Assembly: GCA_001662655.1 (NCBI GenBank)
Contig: KV460217.1
Reading direction: 5' to 3' (one strand)
Origin: Pseudogymnoascus verrucosus
Taxonomy: Eukaryota
DNA length: 64,000 bases
The notes below the pieces were generated by a model. That model searched no databases, had not been told where the DNA came from, and saw only the letters and a list, made by a program, of their open reading frames with translations. A program made the translations under genes and the position numbers. How positions within the stretch are numbered: the stretch's first letter is position 1; each line of letters opens with the position of its first letter. This document shows, piece after piece, positions 48,900-61,964 of this stretch.

Positions 48900-50782
48900 C
48901 TAACAAATTCCATGGGTTTTCCCCGTCGTCCCCTGCAAGCTATGCTCCTCATCCTTATACACGTCATGCTGGCTCTGTCCCTCCGGCTTCTTCTGTGCAT
49001 GCGCCCTCTGGCGACCAATATAATCCGAGTACTCCTTCAACATTTTCTTATCCATCTCATCCAACAGCCCAAGACTAAGCTTCATATCACTGATCAACTG
49101 CTCGCACCTGCTTCTGCTAAAGTCCTCCCTGATAACCACACGCAGCATCTTCATCTCCTCCGTATGCGGCGCCATCGTATACGCCGGCACGATCCAGCCG
49201 CGCTCACGCAACTGGTGCGCAATCGCAAACTCATCGTACCTCTTCTCCTTGGCAGGATCAAGACGAAACGCCACGAGCGGCAGACCACGGCCCTCGCCAT
49301 CACTCATGATCAGGAATCCCATATCTTTGACTGCGGCAGCGAGCAGGTCCGCAACGCGGGTGAGGTTGAGCATGATAGCGCGGTATCCGTTCTTGCCGAG
49401 GCGGATGAGCTGGTAGTACTGGCCGATGATCTGGGAGGCGCCCTTGGAGAAGTTGAGGGTGAAAGAGGCCTGGTCGGCGCCGAGGTAGTTGACGTTGAAG
49501 ACAAGTTCCTTGGGGAGGAACTCGGGGTCACGCCAGATGACCCAGCCGACACCGGGGTAGACGAGGCCGTACTTGTGGCCGGAGACGTTGATGCTGACGA
49601 CGTGGGAGAGGCGGAAATCCCATTCCAGCTCGGGGACGACGAAAGGGGCGACGAAACCGCCGGAGGCGGCGTCGATGTTGATGGGGGTGTCAAGACCGCG
49701 CTCGTCGAGGAGGTCGTTGATGGCTTTGGCGTCTTCGTATTGGCCGGTGTAGGTGGTGCCTAGGATGACGCAGATTCCGATCTATGTCTATTTAGCCTCG
49801 TTGTTAACTCGTTTGGTAGGCAGAAGACTTACGGTGTTCTCGTCGACCAAGTCAACAGTCTCCTTAGGATCAAGAACGTATCTCTCCCTGGTGCAGTACA
49901 CGTACTTCTCCTCGACCTCGAAGTAGCGCATGGCCTTCTCCCAGACGACCTGCACGGCTGAGGACATAATCATGTTCGGCTTATCGAACGGCTTTCCCTC
50001 AGCCTTACGCTTGTTTTGCCAGCGCTTCTTCATGGCCAGCGTGGCCAACATGACGGCCTCGGAGGAACCGACGGTCGAGGTACCGATTGAAGCTGCGTCG
50101 TCGTGGACGGGGGCATTGAAGAGGCGACCGATCATGGATACGCAACGGTTCTGGATCTCGGCTGTGCGGGGGTACTCTTCGTAGTCGATGAAGTTCTTAG
50201 CTAGGGACTCGGTCATGAGGTCCTCGACTTCTTTTTCCTGGGTAGTGTTAGCATTATTCGTGTCTTCTCGAATTGGCTCGCGGTTGGGAATAGCAATGCT
50301 GGATTATCTGATACCCTCGATAAGAGCTTCAATGGCAGTACCAGGTTCTAATACCGACAAAACAACTAATAAACTCTCAAATAACTCACCATGAAAGTCG
50401 TCACAAAACTCGCCAAGCTACACAAACCGTCAGCAACAATCAACCAGACCCAACCCTTCTCACAGAGTACTCACTTCAGCATCGGATTCCCATCCAAGCT
50501 CGTTTCATCCTTAATCATGCGATACGCAACCTCCTTTGGCATACCGCCCTCCGGCATCTCGTGTTTTGGCAAATCCTGCGCCGCATACCGACTCGCATAC
50601 ACAGACGTCATAAACTGTTCACCGGCCTGCTGGGCGCTCTGTTCGCGGGCGCTGAGCACGACTTTAGCCAGGCGGTCACTGAGATGCTTGACGGGGCCGG
50701 ACTCGGGCTCTTTGCCCGCGGCGTCTACGGCGGAGCTGGGCTGGAGGGAAGAGTCGGTGGGAATGCCTGTGAGGTGGACCAT
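48900..50782 (-). CDS. GAD1: Glutamate decarboxylase (PLP-dependent)
   Basis: Exons 50782-50475, 50417-50390, 50237-49833, 49781-48900; [53 protein letters not shown]. Confidence 0.94.
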
Positions 50783-52314
50783 TGTTGCGGTGGTGGGGTG
50801 TGTGTGAGATTAGTGTGTTGCGTCAATTGATTATCGTGACTTTGGCCGCTTTACGAATAGGCCTGTGAGGAGTTGAAATATGATAGTTTTCAGTAGTTTT
50901 GTATGAGAGTAAAGGACCAAGAAGACGAAGAGGAAGTAAACAGAGGGGTGGTGGGGGGGTACTGGGTAAATATAATCGCTCACAGCGGTGGCCGTCCACG
51001 TAGCTACTACGTATTCATCGAATGTCGCTGGTGGTTGGAGCTGTGTTTTTGGCGGGGTAATCAGCATGTAATGGCAGCTCTAAGTGGTTGGCTCAATACG
51101 TACGTGCGCCGAGGCGAGTCCAAGGGATCAGCTCCCGCGTCGAAAAAGCTTGGTTTTGGAGCCATGCTGACCCCACCCAAGATATCCCATTTATTCCCTG
51201 CTTATCCTACTCATCTGTCCATTCAGCGGCCAGGGAGACGACGACTACCAACAAGACAATACGGTTCTACATCCACTCTTCACCAACTATGATGCGGTAT
51301 GGACAGATCTGGTGCGCGGATTCGGCGTCGTCGCTACACGCACACACAGATGCAGTTCCGCGGCGTGCGAACTGCGACCTTTGCTCACCCCGTACTTGAA
51401 TCCCATTCGTCGCCGAGGAGCTGATATGCACGATCCGTCTCATCCCAAACATAGCATATGCATGCCCCTGCCGCTTTTACGTAGCAGCACGACCCTGTTG
51501 GAGGGACTGTCTCGGACGTGCATGTTTGTAGTGAGGTGGGGAGGGGCGTGGGTTGTTGGCTTGTCGATGGGAATGGTGGCTTTGGGGACGAATTCTGTGG
51601 CTTGCTGATGTGTTTTGTGGCGTGTTGATGATGATGATAATGAGTGTCTACTGTGGTTTAAACAGAGGGAAGTATGGGCTTGGGGAATCACTAGAAACCC
51701 ATCCCCGAAGTATCCGGATTTCCTAATCAAGCCAGACAATCTAGTACAAGAGCTTTGGTGGACGATAGGATTCACGACCTCCTATCAGCAAGTGCGGGGT
51801 GGTAATATGATTCGTCTAGGCGGGGGAATATATGCATTGTGATTATATGTATGGCTTCGTTAGAAGCTCCTAGTATAGCTTCAGAGGGTTGAGCTCCAAA
51901 AAGTAGATACCCTCCCTACCATACCGAACAGATCGAAAATCACAAGCACAACATAAGTATAAACATCACAATCCTTTAAACACTACTATTCCACATCCAA
52001 ATTCCGCGATCCAATTATAGTAGTATACAAGCGCCTCGTCGGCCCCAAAAAAGCCACGAACCTAAGCGCAAAATAAAAAAGGTCTATCATCTATGCATCT
52101 CTCTAAGTTGCGCCCGAGCCAGAAAACAAAAATATATCTTCTCGCCGCGCCCTTGAAGAAAAACAGCCGGGAACATTCTTTGTAATGCGATATAAGTTCA
52201 GATCCCCACCTCCTTTCCGTTGACAGGAGAGTCCCTGCCTGCCCCTCCTCCTTTTTTCCAGTTTTCCCTACCATCCACTTTCTACATCTCCGATTCGTCT
52301 AGGTGCGTAAATAT

Positions 52315-53528
52315 CTATTTCACGGCAATCTCAACACCGCCGACGGCGCCGAGGGCCTTCTTGACTGTAGGGAATGCGTTAGCCGTTATCGAGTACATGC
52401 ACAGAAGCAGGGTTAGGGATTATCTTACCATCACCGTAGATAGCGAACTGTCCAGCGGTCAGGGTTCCGACCATGAACAGACGGGCACCGATACCGGTGT
52501 ACGAGCCCCTAAGACCGAGGTCCTTGGCGATCTTGATCAGGCGGGAGGTGGTGCCCTCTCCGGGAGCGCCCTTGGTCTTGTTGATCTTGGAAAGCATGGT
52601 GTCGGCTGGCTGGGAGATGAGGGCGGCGGCGAAACCGGCGATGAGACCGGATCCGAGGTTGACACCGGTCTGGGCGCCGTCGGAGAGGGTGGAGCGGTCG
52701 ACCTGCTTGTAGACGGCCTCGACGACCTTCTCGTAGACGACGAACTTGGCCATGGTGTATGGGACCCTGGTGGATCGTCAGTTTCAGGCCTATGGGGGGG
52801 TACTAGTTTGAGGGATTGGAGAAAACGTACTGCTTGAACAGGAGGGGACCGAAGCCGGCGTAGAAAGAGCCGACACCCTCAGTCTTGAGCATCTTGCTGA
52901 AGCCACCGATCAGGCCGTTGGCGTAGGTAGGCTCGGCAACGAGACGGATACGGGTAGCCTCAAGAGGGCAAAGGGCGACATCGGCGAAGAACTCGGCGCA
53001 CGCGGCGGAGGCGAGGTAGACGGCGGTGCGGTTGTTGGCGGCAGTCTCGTAGCCGACAAGCTGGATGGACTGCTGCTTGAAGAACTCGTAACCTCCGAAC
53101 TTGAAGGCGCCCTGGAGGAAGTAACCGGCGAAGGTTGGGCCGAGACCGGTCAGGAGAGCACCAGCGCCCTCCTTAGCGATGACCTGACGGAATCCACCGA
53201 TCAGGCCGCGGTTGTAGGTTGCTGGGTCGAGCTGGATTCTGGTCTTGACGCTGTGAGGAGATGGTGTTAGCTGATTTGAACTTCTCGTATTGATTGTGGG
53301 ATGCCCCAAACAAGGGTCCATGACGCGATCGATGTCGATGGGAACAGAATTGATTGAGCCGAGGGAATCAGGAGCGGGCGTTAAAACTTACACATCGACG
53401 GGGGTGAGAGCACCGTGGGTGATGGAGCAGCAGAGGGCACCAGCGATGGCGAATCTGGAGTAGAGAGCGGCGCCGCTGAGCTTCTCGGGGGTCTCAGCCT
53501 TGACGGCAGCAACTGCGGAAGAGGCCAT
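52315..53528 (-). CDS. MIR1: Mitochondrial phosphate carrier
   Basis: [58 protein letters not shown]; three introns; TAG at 52317-52315. Confidence 0.94.
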
Positions 53529-55070
53529 TGTGAATGTGTATGGGGGTTGAGAAGTGAAGTGCGGAGAGAAAGTATAGAGTGGAGATGTAGAAGTTCAGTG
53601 GTCCTGAAAAGACTGACTGACTGAAAGTATCTTGAAATGGAGATGGATTGGAGATGGAGATGGAAGAGAAGAGGTTTTGGCGAGAGTTCGACGGTAATTG
53701 CCTCAAGGGCGTTCAAAATTTTAGGGGCCGGGTATAATCGGGGCTAGCGAGATATTAATTTGTTCCTTGGGTGTTGGCTTGGAAGGCTGGGAAACTTCGG
53801 ATAATCTTCGCCCGGAGTAGTTGGAAGTGGTAGGAAGTACCTAAAATTACTCCACTTAGCCCATCACGACTCGCCAATTCAGAACGTGGACAAACCAAAT
53901 CGACTCGTCATTGTTGATTTTGTCTCGGCGACCGCGACGGGAATTTTATATTTACATGTTTATATACGGGGTGTATATAATATACAGAGCATAACAGACA
54001 TGTTCGGATGAGTTGTTTCCATTCTTTTGCGTGTATCTTCGCCCACTATAGAGCCGGTTGAAAGAGTACACTGAAGAGCGTATCTCCACGTGAAGTCCAC
54101 TTCAGATTCCAACAAGTGGAGATGCATCCGCTTATCCGGCTGCCCAGTTCTTCGAAATGCCTCCCAAGACATTGGATAGTTGATATTATTCGGCATTGAG
54201 TCAGGGTGGCGGCAAATAATGATGTTACTCCATGGCTTCTATCCATCAGAGCATTAACATTCTCTATACAGACTGCTAACGCGCTTTTAGATTGGCCCTA
54301 TCCATCTGACATATATTATGAGGCCCGTACCCAGAACAATGAAGCCGCATCCACTACCATTGATAGCCAGCCTCCGATATACCGAGCTCACATTTCTTGA
54401 CGTCCTCCTCCCTTCTCCGTGTCATTCCTACTCTTTTGGTTTTATTCTGTACAATCAGAAAATCCTTTAGCTCGGCATGACAAATATGGCTGGACCTTCC
54501 TCTTGGCCTCTCGGCACACGTCACCGCCAATGATCCAGTCTCGTGATATATCACGACGACGATTCACGCTTAATGTACTATCTAGTTAAGAAGTCGTGCA
54601 TGCGCTATTCTATATCGCTACTGTTGACGGCCGGCTATGTTAGTTAGGGGAGGAAAAGACAGCATTACTGCTTCCTTCTTAGTCTTGGCGTGGCGAGAAT
54701 GCAAGGAGAGCATTTCTCTCTCTCGTCCTCAAGGCCAACTACTTCAATTAATGAGCACGCCGGCCATCATGAGTCAATCGTGCCCTTAGGATGGCCTCCT
54801 ACGGAGATACAGTTTGCACCAGCATCCTAGAACTTCTAGCGAATACCCACTGTTATACGTTTTTAGGATTTCGGCATTGCTCTAGTTAAAGCCATGCCAT
54901 CTAGACCAGCGGGTGGGGTGTGTGATGCTGCCCTCGTAATTCCGAAGCCCTCGCGGTGATTTAGTTGTCCCCCTTAGCTATGTGACATGGCCACGCCGAC
55001 TACAACATATACGCTGTAGCTTGCGACTTGTTGCTGCGATGTGTTGCATCGCGACATTAGATGGCTAACG

Positions 55071-55103
55071 GTGAGCAAGGTGAGCAAGGTAAGCAAGGTA
55101 AGC
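55071..55103. repeat. 9-bp tandem repeat GT(G/A)AGCAAG x~4
   Basis: GTGAGCAAG GTGAGCAAG GTAAGCAAG GTAAGC. Confidence 0.7.
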
Positions 55104-55195
55104 GATAGGTAAAAATAGTATAAATAGCTAAGCTCCTGCTTTCTTTTGGTCTGTAGAATCAATGCAGTTAAACACTTTTGTTATTTCTTGCTCTT

Positions 55196-57478
55196 TCATA
55201 CAAGAGTAATGACATATCGTTTATCGATATGTTTACGATTGCTTATGACCTCTTTGCAGGATGCCTTTGCAGTCGCCTTTCCATGTCTTTTTAATACTGG
55301 TAGAAACCGCTCGTAACTCTCTTCTTCGTCTCCATCGCTATATTTGGAGCGATCTTTGTAGAATTTAAAAGATCCGATCCTACAAAACTCGCCTTTTGTG
55401 ATGCCTGTAGCTTGAAGCACAATGCCCTCAATCATGGACTCATAGATCATGTTTTTGCCTTTTCGTCGTGTCCCAGTGCCAGTTTTTCCGCTCAAGATAG
55501 GCAACAGATAGCATAGTTTACCAGACGATGTGTTATTGTCGTCTTGACAGTCTATCTGAACGGAAAAGTTTAACTCCCTATCGCCAGCATATAATACAAT
55601 GGTGGCATCTGCTTCAGGTTCAGGATAATTAGATTCACTCGGGTAGACCAAGTAGCCAGCTGCCATAGTTGAGCAAGCAAGTCGAATGACTCCAATAGTC
55701 ACCTGCCCGAACGGATCATAGCCGATTTTGGTTGTATACGCATCTAAGACTTGCACGTATGCGGTGTCAAGGCCACCTTTGTGTCGACTATGCCAGGTCA
55801 CTTCTCCATCTATAGATGCCCACGACCAAGTCGGTGCTCTCCAAGGTGGTCGTGGTTGCATAGGTGGTCGTGGTCGCATCATAATGGGTGGATATCTCGC
55901 ACGAGACCAACATAGCTGCTCCTCAAGTTCACCCCTCCACAGCCCCGCAAGATAGAGATCGCCGGTTTCTTCATGTCCAAGTCTCGCGATTCCAGAAAGT
56001 GCTGGTAATTTGTCTTTCCCAAAAGTTAGATTTGCTGCAGAATAAAGCCGCACGATATCAAGCCAGTGGTCTTGGAGTTTCCCATTTCGTCTAACGAGGT
56101 TACGCTGGAGTTTACGTGGAAGACCATCCGGCAAGTACTCCGAGGCAATTGTCGTTCTGCATTCCCAAAAAGCACCTCGGTCGCCAACGTGGATTGTTCG
56201 AGGGGGTAGCATTTTCTCTTGTAGTGCCCAAGCTCTGGTTCCCAAATGAGTTTCAAAGGTTGAAAGATCGTAAATTTTTGAACTATGAAAATCCTGTACT
56301 CTTCGTAGCTCGCCGTCTGTTATTCGAGCTCGAAGCCCACCGCTGAAATAGGGTTGCTTCGTAAAACACCCTTGCCTACCGTCTCGAGCGGAGCACGCAG
56401 CTATCGTGATGGTTGAGCCACCAAATATGGAGCTCATCAGGGCCGACTCCTTTTGCCAATCCTCTACACTATCTTGGATGATACACAGCGAATCGATCCA
56501 CAGATAATCCAAACCCAATCTTTGTGTAATCTCGATACCATCCTTAAATGTTTTGGGGAATCTCTCAACGGGTAGTGCTTCTACATATGTGTCTAGGTCA
56601 TCTGAAGTGAGTTTTATGACGTCGTAAGACCCCCAGCTATGTGATAAAGTAGCATATCTCGGCTTATTATGACATTCCGAAGTTAGCACCAAGCGCGGCG
56701 ATTCACCAGCAATCGAGATCAGCCTAGTCGGTAGTGTGTCGTTGCCATTGTTTTTACAAAGATCGTGGTTTTCGGTACATTTCGATAACCAGTTGTTCGC
56801 GATATCGAATACATCAAGCTGGTCATCAAAACAATCAGCTTCAACGAATTAGCAAGACTGGGCCATCATATCAGCAAAACATGACAAACCTGATTCGGGA
56901 AGGAAACATGACCCAATAGTCATATTCACAGCTAAACCGGAATTGCAGGAAGTGCAGACCTTGCCAGGTAGGTTCAACCACAGGAGTTGTATTGGATTTG
57001 AGCCCCAACTCTGAATAGATAGTGATGATAATGCATTCTCATCGAGATGGTATAAGCGTGCTTCAACCTTGCGAAATGTGTCAAGTAAATTCCTATCTTT
57101 AAGGTTCTGCAGTAAAAATGCGCAAAATCTGCATCCAGAGCGTGTCGAGCTTTCCAATTCAAAGGTGCTACACGGCCGCGCGACAGCGTGTTCCCATCCT
57201 CCATCTGGACTAGGCCCCGAGTCGTGTTCTCTAGTCGATGAATCACCTAGTGTAGGCCAATGGTCAAACAAACTTTGACATTTAGCGCAGAATCTATTGA
57301 CGATGAGAACATTTAGTGCCGATTCCTTTATTCGCTGTTCAACGAATTTGGCATCAAGCTCGTCGGAATCCACGGCCTTAACGATATTGGAATCAATAGA
57401 GAGGTCATTGCCGCGCGCCGCTGTATATTCACGGAACCATTCTGTAAAGATCTTTGCGTTGGAGCCTTGCATCTCCAT
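55196..57478 (-). CDS. HET-domain (heterokaryon incompatibility) protein
   Basis: Intron 56889-56839 joins the two ORFs in frame; YATLSHSWG, PKTFKDGI, YLWIDSLCIIQD, RAWALQE, DKLPALSGIA, APTWSWAS. Confidence 0.88.
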
Positions 57479-58020
57479 GACAGGATAATGGTCGTCGCCT
57501 TCTACTTTATGTTGGAAGGAATCGTGATTGCTACCAATGTTTAAGCCTCTGCGGAGTTGGCTGCGATTATTCCAATCCTTAAATGGAAATTACGACAGCG
57601 CGTTTGTCTTGGACAGGCTCGACTCCTTGTCACGGCTGTATAGAGGAATGGTGATTCAGGCAGCAGTGAACTATCTCAACTGAATAGGTTGCGATTGCCA
57701 AGGAATAAGCCCTGTGCGTTGGCTGGCCATCGTGCGCCATCTAGGCACAGTGTAGGCCAGCTGAGCTGGCAGGTGGCCGAAGACATAATCAGTGTTTGAC
57801 AAAGTACGTTACAATCCCTTCTTTTTCTCTTTATTAACGCAGTGGCTCAAAATGCATTGGCAAAGCTGGAATCTCTACCCACCAAGAGATTGACCATAGT
57901 CACGTGATTCAGATGTAGCTATTGACCATTAATTCATTCTACCATAAGGTTATAAACAAACTAAATACATACATTATTCTGCCATGAGGCATATTATAAT
58001 CCTCTTGGAACGTTTGCTTC

Positions 58021-58036
58021 GCGGATTTAAATCCGC
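58021..58036. promoter_or_regulatory. Perfect 16-bp palindrome with inverted CGG-N8-CCG, candidate Zn2Cys6 site
   Basis: GCGGATTTAAATCCGC, ~220 bp upstream of the amidase ATG. Confidence 0.5.
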
Positions 58037-58257
58037 CATCTCTATTGTCGCCTAAGTCAGTCCTGGCTTTTCGATGCCTCGGCATCAAAAACGGTGGAGC
58101 TTCCCCGCTACCCCACACAATCCTACCCGTTACTTACTACAACTTATATAGAAAGGAATGCCTCACTATTAATGTCCTATACCTATAATCTATCTATTTA
58201 GAATAGATATATTACCCATTTACCATTTATTTACGGTCCCTTGTAATTTATCACAAT

Positions 58258-59934
58258 ATGCCCCAAACCTGGCAATCCATAGGCGCCAAAAAGCGCGCCG
58301 AGCAAGACCGAGCTATCCCATCCGAATGGAAACTAAAATCACTCCCCCCGACCTCCCAGCTTGATGTCCGCTCTATCCCCTCCACGTGTGGCATCCTCAC
58401 CGCCGATGAGATCTCTATAACAGAGGATCATGACGCCTACTCTCTCCTCAATGGTCTCCATGGCCAATCCCTCACAGCCCTCGAAGTCACAACCGCCTTC
58501 TGTAAGCGAGCGGCCATCGCCCACCAACTCACAAGCTGCCTCACAGAGATCTTCTTTGACCGGGCCCTCGCACGCGCCAAAGAGCTAGATGACCACATGG
58601 AGCGCACCGGGCGCGCCTTCGGTCCTCTTCACGGCCTCCCCATCTCTCTCAAAGACACCTTTAACATTGCCGGCATGGACTCCTCACTTGGCATAGCGGC
58701 CATGGCCTTCCATCCCGCCCCAGCCAACTGCCCCCTAGTCGACATCCTTCTCGCCGCCGGCGCCGTCCTCTATGTCAAAACTAACATCCCGCAAACCCTC
58801 ATGGCCCTCGACAGCATCAACAACGTCTTCGGCCGCGTCCTCAATCCAGCCAACCGCGCGCTAACAGCCGGAGGCTCCTCTGGCGGCGAGGGAGCCCTTC
58901 TCGCGCTCCGCGGCTCCCCCCTCGGCGTCGGAACCGACATCGGTGGCTCCATTCGCGTGCCGGCTATGTGCAACGGGCTGTACGGGTTCAAGCCGTCGTC
59001 CGGGCGGATTCCCTACGTCGGACCGATGGGCCGGCTGACGACGACGCGGGGACGACTGGGGTTGCAGACGTCGGCGGGCCCGATAGCAACGAGCTTGCGC
59101 GATGTGGAGGTGTTTATGGAGGTCGTGGCGAGGGCGCGGCCGTGGGAGACCGCGGCGGATGCGCTGCCTGGGGCTTGGGAAGAGCAGGGGCGCGCGGGGG
59201 ATGAGTGGGAGAAGCCGGTGTTTGGGGTGATTCGGTCTGATCACTCTGTTACGCCGTTGCCGCCCGTGGCTAATGTGGTCGAGGAGACGGTGGTGGCGCT
59301 CAAGGAGGCCGGGTTAGAGGTGGTGGAGATTGATTCGAAAGCGCTGGCGGAGTGTCAGATGCTAGCGTACGGGTTCTTTGATATTGGGGATAATGCGATG
59401 TTGGATTTGATTGAAGAGACGAAGGAACCGCTGATTCCGTGGCTTGAGGGGAAGGTGGGGAGGAAGGCGCCGAAGAGCGTGGAGGAAGTTTCGGAGCTGC
59501 ATGCACAGAGGTTGGAGGTGATGAAGAAGATGCTTAAGGTTTTCAAGACACCCGATGGGAGGAAGATCGATGCGGTTATCTTGCCAGTTGCGCCGCATCC
59601 AGTGCCTGAGATTGATCGCTGGAACACTGTGGGGTATACGAGCAGCTTTGTGCTTTTGGATTGGCCCGCTGGAACCGTGCCCATCCGGATGGTGAATGAG
59701 AAGGATTTGGAGGGAGAGGTGCAGGGGAAGTCACTGGGAACCTTGGATAATAGGACGAGAATGCTCTGGGATCGCAAGACGGTGGATAGAAGGGTTTATT
59801 TGGATAGTGCTCTATCTGTGCAGGTGGTGGCGCCAAGATTGCAGGAGAGGAGGCTGTGGCAGGCAATGGACATTGTGGATAGAGTTATGAAGAGGAAGGC
59901 GTCGACACAGGAAACGACAAAGGCGAAGCTATAG
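58258..59934 (+). CDS. Amidase-signature family enzyme (acetamidase/general amidase)
   Basis: GPLHGLPISLKD, KTNIPQ, GGSSGGEG, GTDIGGSIRVPA, YGFKPS; intronless; ends in AKL. Confidence 0.93.
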   Translation: MPQTWQSIGAKKRAEQDRAIPSEWKLKSLPPTSQLDVRSIPSTCGILTADEISITEDHDAYSLLNGLHGQSLTALEVTTAFCKRAAIAHQLTSCLTEIFFDRALARAKELDDHMERTGRAFGPLHGLPISLKDTFNIAGMDSSLGIAAMAFHPAPANCPLVDILLAAGAVLYVKTNIPQTLMALDSINNVFGRVLNPANRALTAGGSSGGEGALLALRGSPLGVGTDIGGSIRVPAMCNGLYGFKPSSGRIPYVGPMGRLTTTRGRLGLQTSAGPIATSLRDVEVFMEVVARARPWETAADALPGAWEEQGRAGDEWEKPVFGVIRSDHSVTPLPPVANVVEETVVALKEAGLEVVEIDSKALAECQMLAYGFFDIGDNAMLDLIEETKEPLIPWLEGKVGRKAPKSVEEVSELHAQRLEVMKKMLKVFKTPDGRKIDAVILPVAPHPVPEIDRWNTVGYTSSFVLLDWPAGTVPIRMVNEKDLEGEVQGKSLGTLDNRTRMLWDRKTVDRRVYLDSALSVQVVAPRLQERRLWQAMDIVDRVMKRKASTQETTKAKL

Positions 59935-60734
59935 GTCGAGAATAGTGAGAGAACATCTTGTAGTGTAGTATGGATATTTTAGGGTGTATATGTTCGTTTG
60001 AAGATGTTGGATATTTTATTATTAAGAACTTGAAATGTGAGAATAAATATTATGGCAATAATAAAAATAGGTAGGCAAACACTTAAACCAGAGGGTATAG
60101 AACCTAGAGAATAACAATGAATAGGTCCATCTTTCATTCTAAAATTAATAGCAAGCAATCGCGTCCACTTTCTCCACGTTCGTTATTATTTCTTCTTCTA
60201 GCACGGGACACCTCATAGACTTGGTACCTGAGGGGCTTCATAAGTCCGTTGTCGTTGGCCCGGATTCCGGAACAACGATTTTCCGATCTGTTTTTCCGAC
60301 CGGATTTAAACAACAACCACATCCTCCGTCAAGCCGCAATGTCACGTGATCGCATACAATTTGCCCACCAAAGGAGAATTTCATAACCAGAACGTCAACG
60401 GCGGAGATACTATGTGACAACAAGCTAGCGGACGCGGCCGCAGTTCCTAGTTATGTTGCAATCTTTTTGCGGCCGCTTCACCCTCTCGGTGGAGTCAAAA
60501 CACCGAAATGTCACGAGGGAGCGGAGTCTCATAACTTCCGGGTGAGGATGAGTGAAAATGAGAATTGTATATAAATCAAGGAGACCCGCCTCATGGTAGG
60601 ACTCTTATTCCATAGCCTCAATTACACCCGCCTTTCCAAAAGCTTCTATCACCCCTTGGCTAATTTATTGCAACGTTTTTTCAGCCAATTCCCAGCCAAT
60701 TCCATCGACTCGTCCACGATATATCCCATCCACA

Positions 60735-61890
60735 ATGCCTCAGATATCACAATTCTCGGCGTTCTTCCCTCCCGCACCAAAATTCACGGACAAGAATCTT
60801 CCCTCTTTGAAGGGAAAAGTTTATATCGTCACTGGTGGCGCTTCTGGCGTAGGCTATGAGCTAGCCAAGATCCTATATGTGGCGGGAGGAACCGTGTACA
60901 TCGCCGCACGCTCAACACCAAGGTGTGAAGGAGCCATTAAAAAGATCAAGCTGGAAACTGGAGCTAGTGCAAATAAGAATGGCGAGTTGAAGAGCATGGT
61001 CGTTGATCTGGCTGATATGACGACCTTGAAGCCGGCCGCGGAGAAATTTATGAGGGTGGAGAGTCGACTGGATGTGTTGGTGCATAATGCCGCCGTTATG
61101 ACTCCGCCAGCTGGGAGCAAAAACAAGCATGTGAGTAACCTTATATGTTATCTTTCATGTCAAGCTGACAAAGACTGCCGCCAGGGTCACGACCTTGAAT
61201 TTGGAACAAACTGTCTCGCACCATATGTCCTGACTATTCTCCTTGAACCCATCATTAGCCGCACCGCCACTGCGTCTGCGACGCAGCCTCTTAGCGTGCG
61301 CATTGTCTGGGTGGTGTCGCTCCTTCAGGGGGGAACGCTACCCGGCGCCATGAAATTCGAAAAAGATGGCACTCCAGTGATATTGGAGAAGCCGTTTATG
61401 GGCAACTATTTGCAGAGTAAAGCCGGGGCTGCTTGGCTCGCGGATGAGTTTTCAAATCGACTCGGAAGCAAGGGCGTATTGAGCATCGTAAGCAGGCCAG
61501 ATTTTGAGAAGACTCCAATTAGCTGACCAAAACCCAGAGCGTACATCCCGGACTAATGAAGACCGAACTCCAGCGAAACTGGGGCCCCTTCACACGAGTG
61601 GCTATGGTAAGTTCGACCACAAATATAGCTGATATATGCTGACTATCACTGAACTGCAGTCTCTCCTTTTTAGATCGCCACCAGTATTTGGCGCATATTC
61701 AGAGCTTTATGCTGGGTTTTCACCAGAGATCAAGGCCGAGCACAATGGTGGGCACATGATGGCCTGGGGACGGATCGCAGAACTCCCGAAGGATATTATT
61801 CAAGGCCTAAAGAGCAAGGCCGAGGGTGGGACTGGTGCCAAAGAGAAGTTCATGAAGTACTGTGATCGTGAGGTTAAGGATTTCCTCTAG
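60735..61890 (+). CDS. Short-chain dehydrogenase/reductase (WWOX/retinol dehydrogenase-like)
   Basis: VTGGASGVG, VLVHNAAV, YLQSK, VHPG motifs; introns at about 61131-61184, 61488-61537, 61607-61659. Confidence 0.88.
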
Positions 61891-61964
61891 AAGGGGAATA
61901 TGTAATATATGGAGGGGGGATCTTTTCTGCGGGTGTGGTTATAGATTGCAATTGTCGTCATTAT

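Noticed and set aside
48912..49763. 283-aa antisense ORF over GAD (also 5571-6689, 30043-30792, 52220-52837, 20304-20954)
   Set aside because: Shadow ORFs produced by high GC3 codon bias; no motifs.
54087..54092. CACGTG (Pho4/NUC-1-like) upstream of MIR1
   Set aside because: Single hexamer that also occurs elsewhere in the window; expected by chance.
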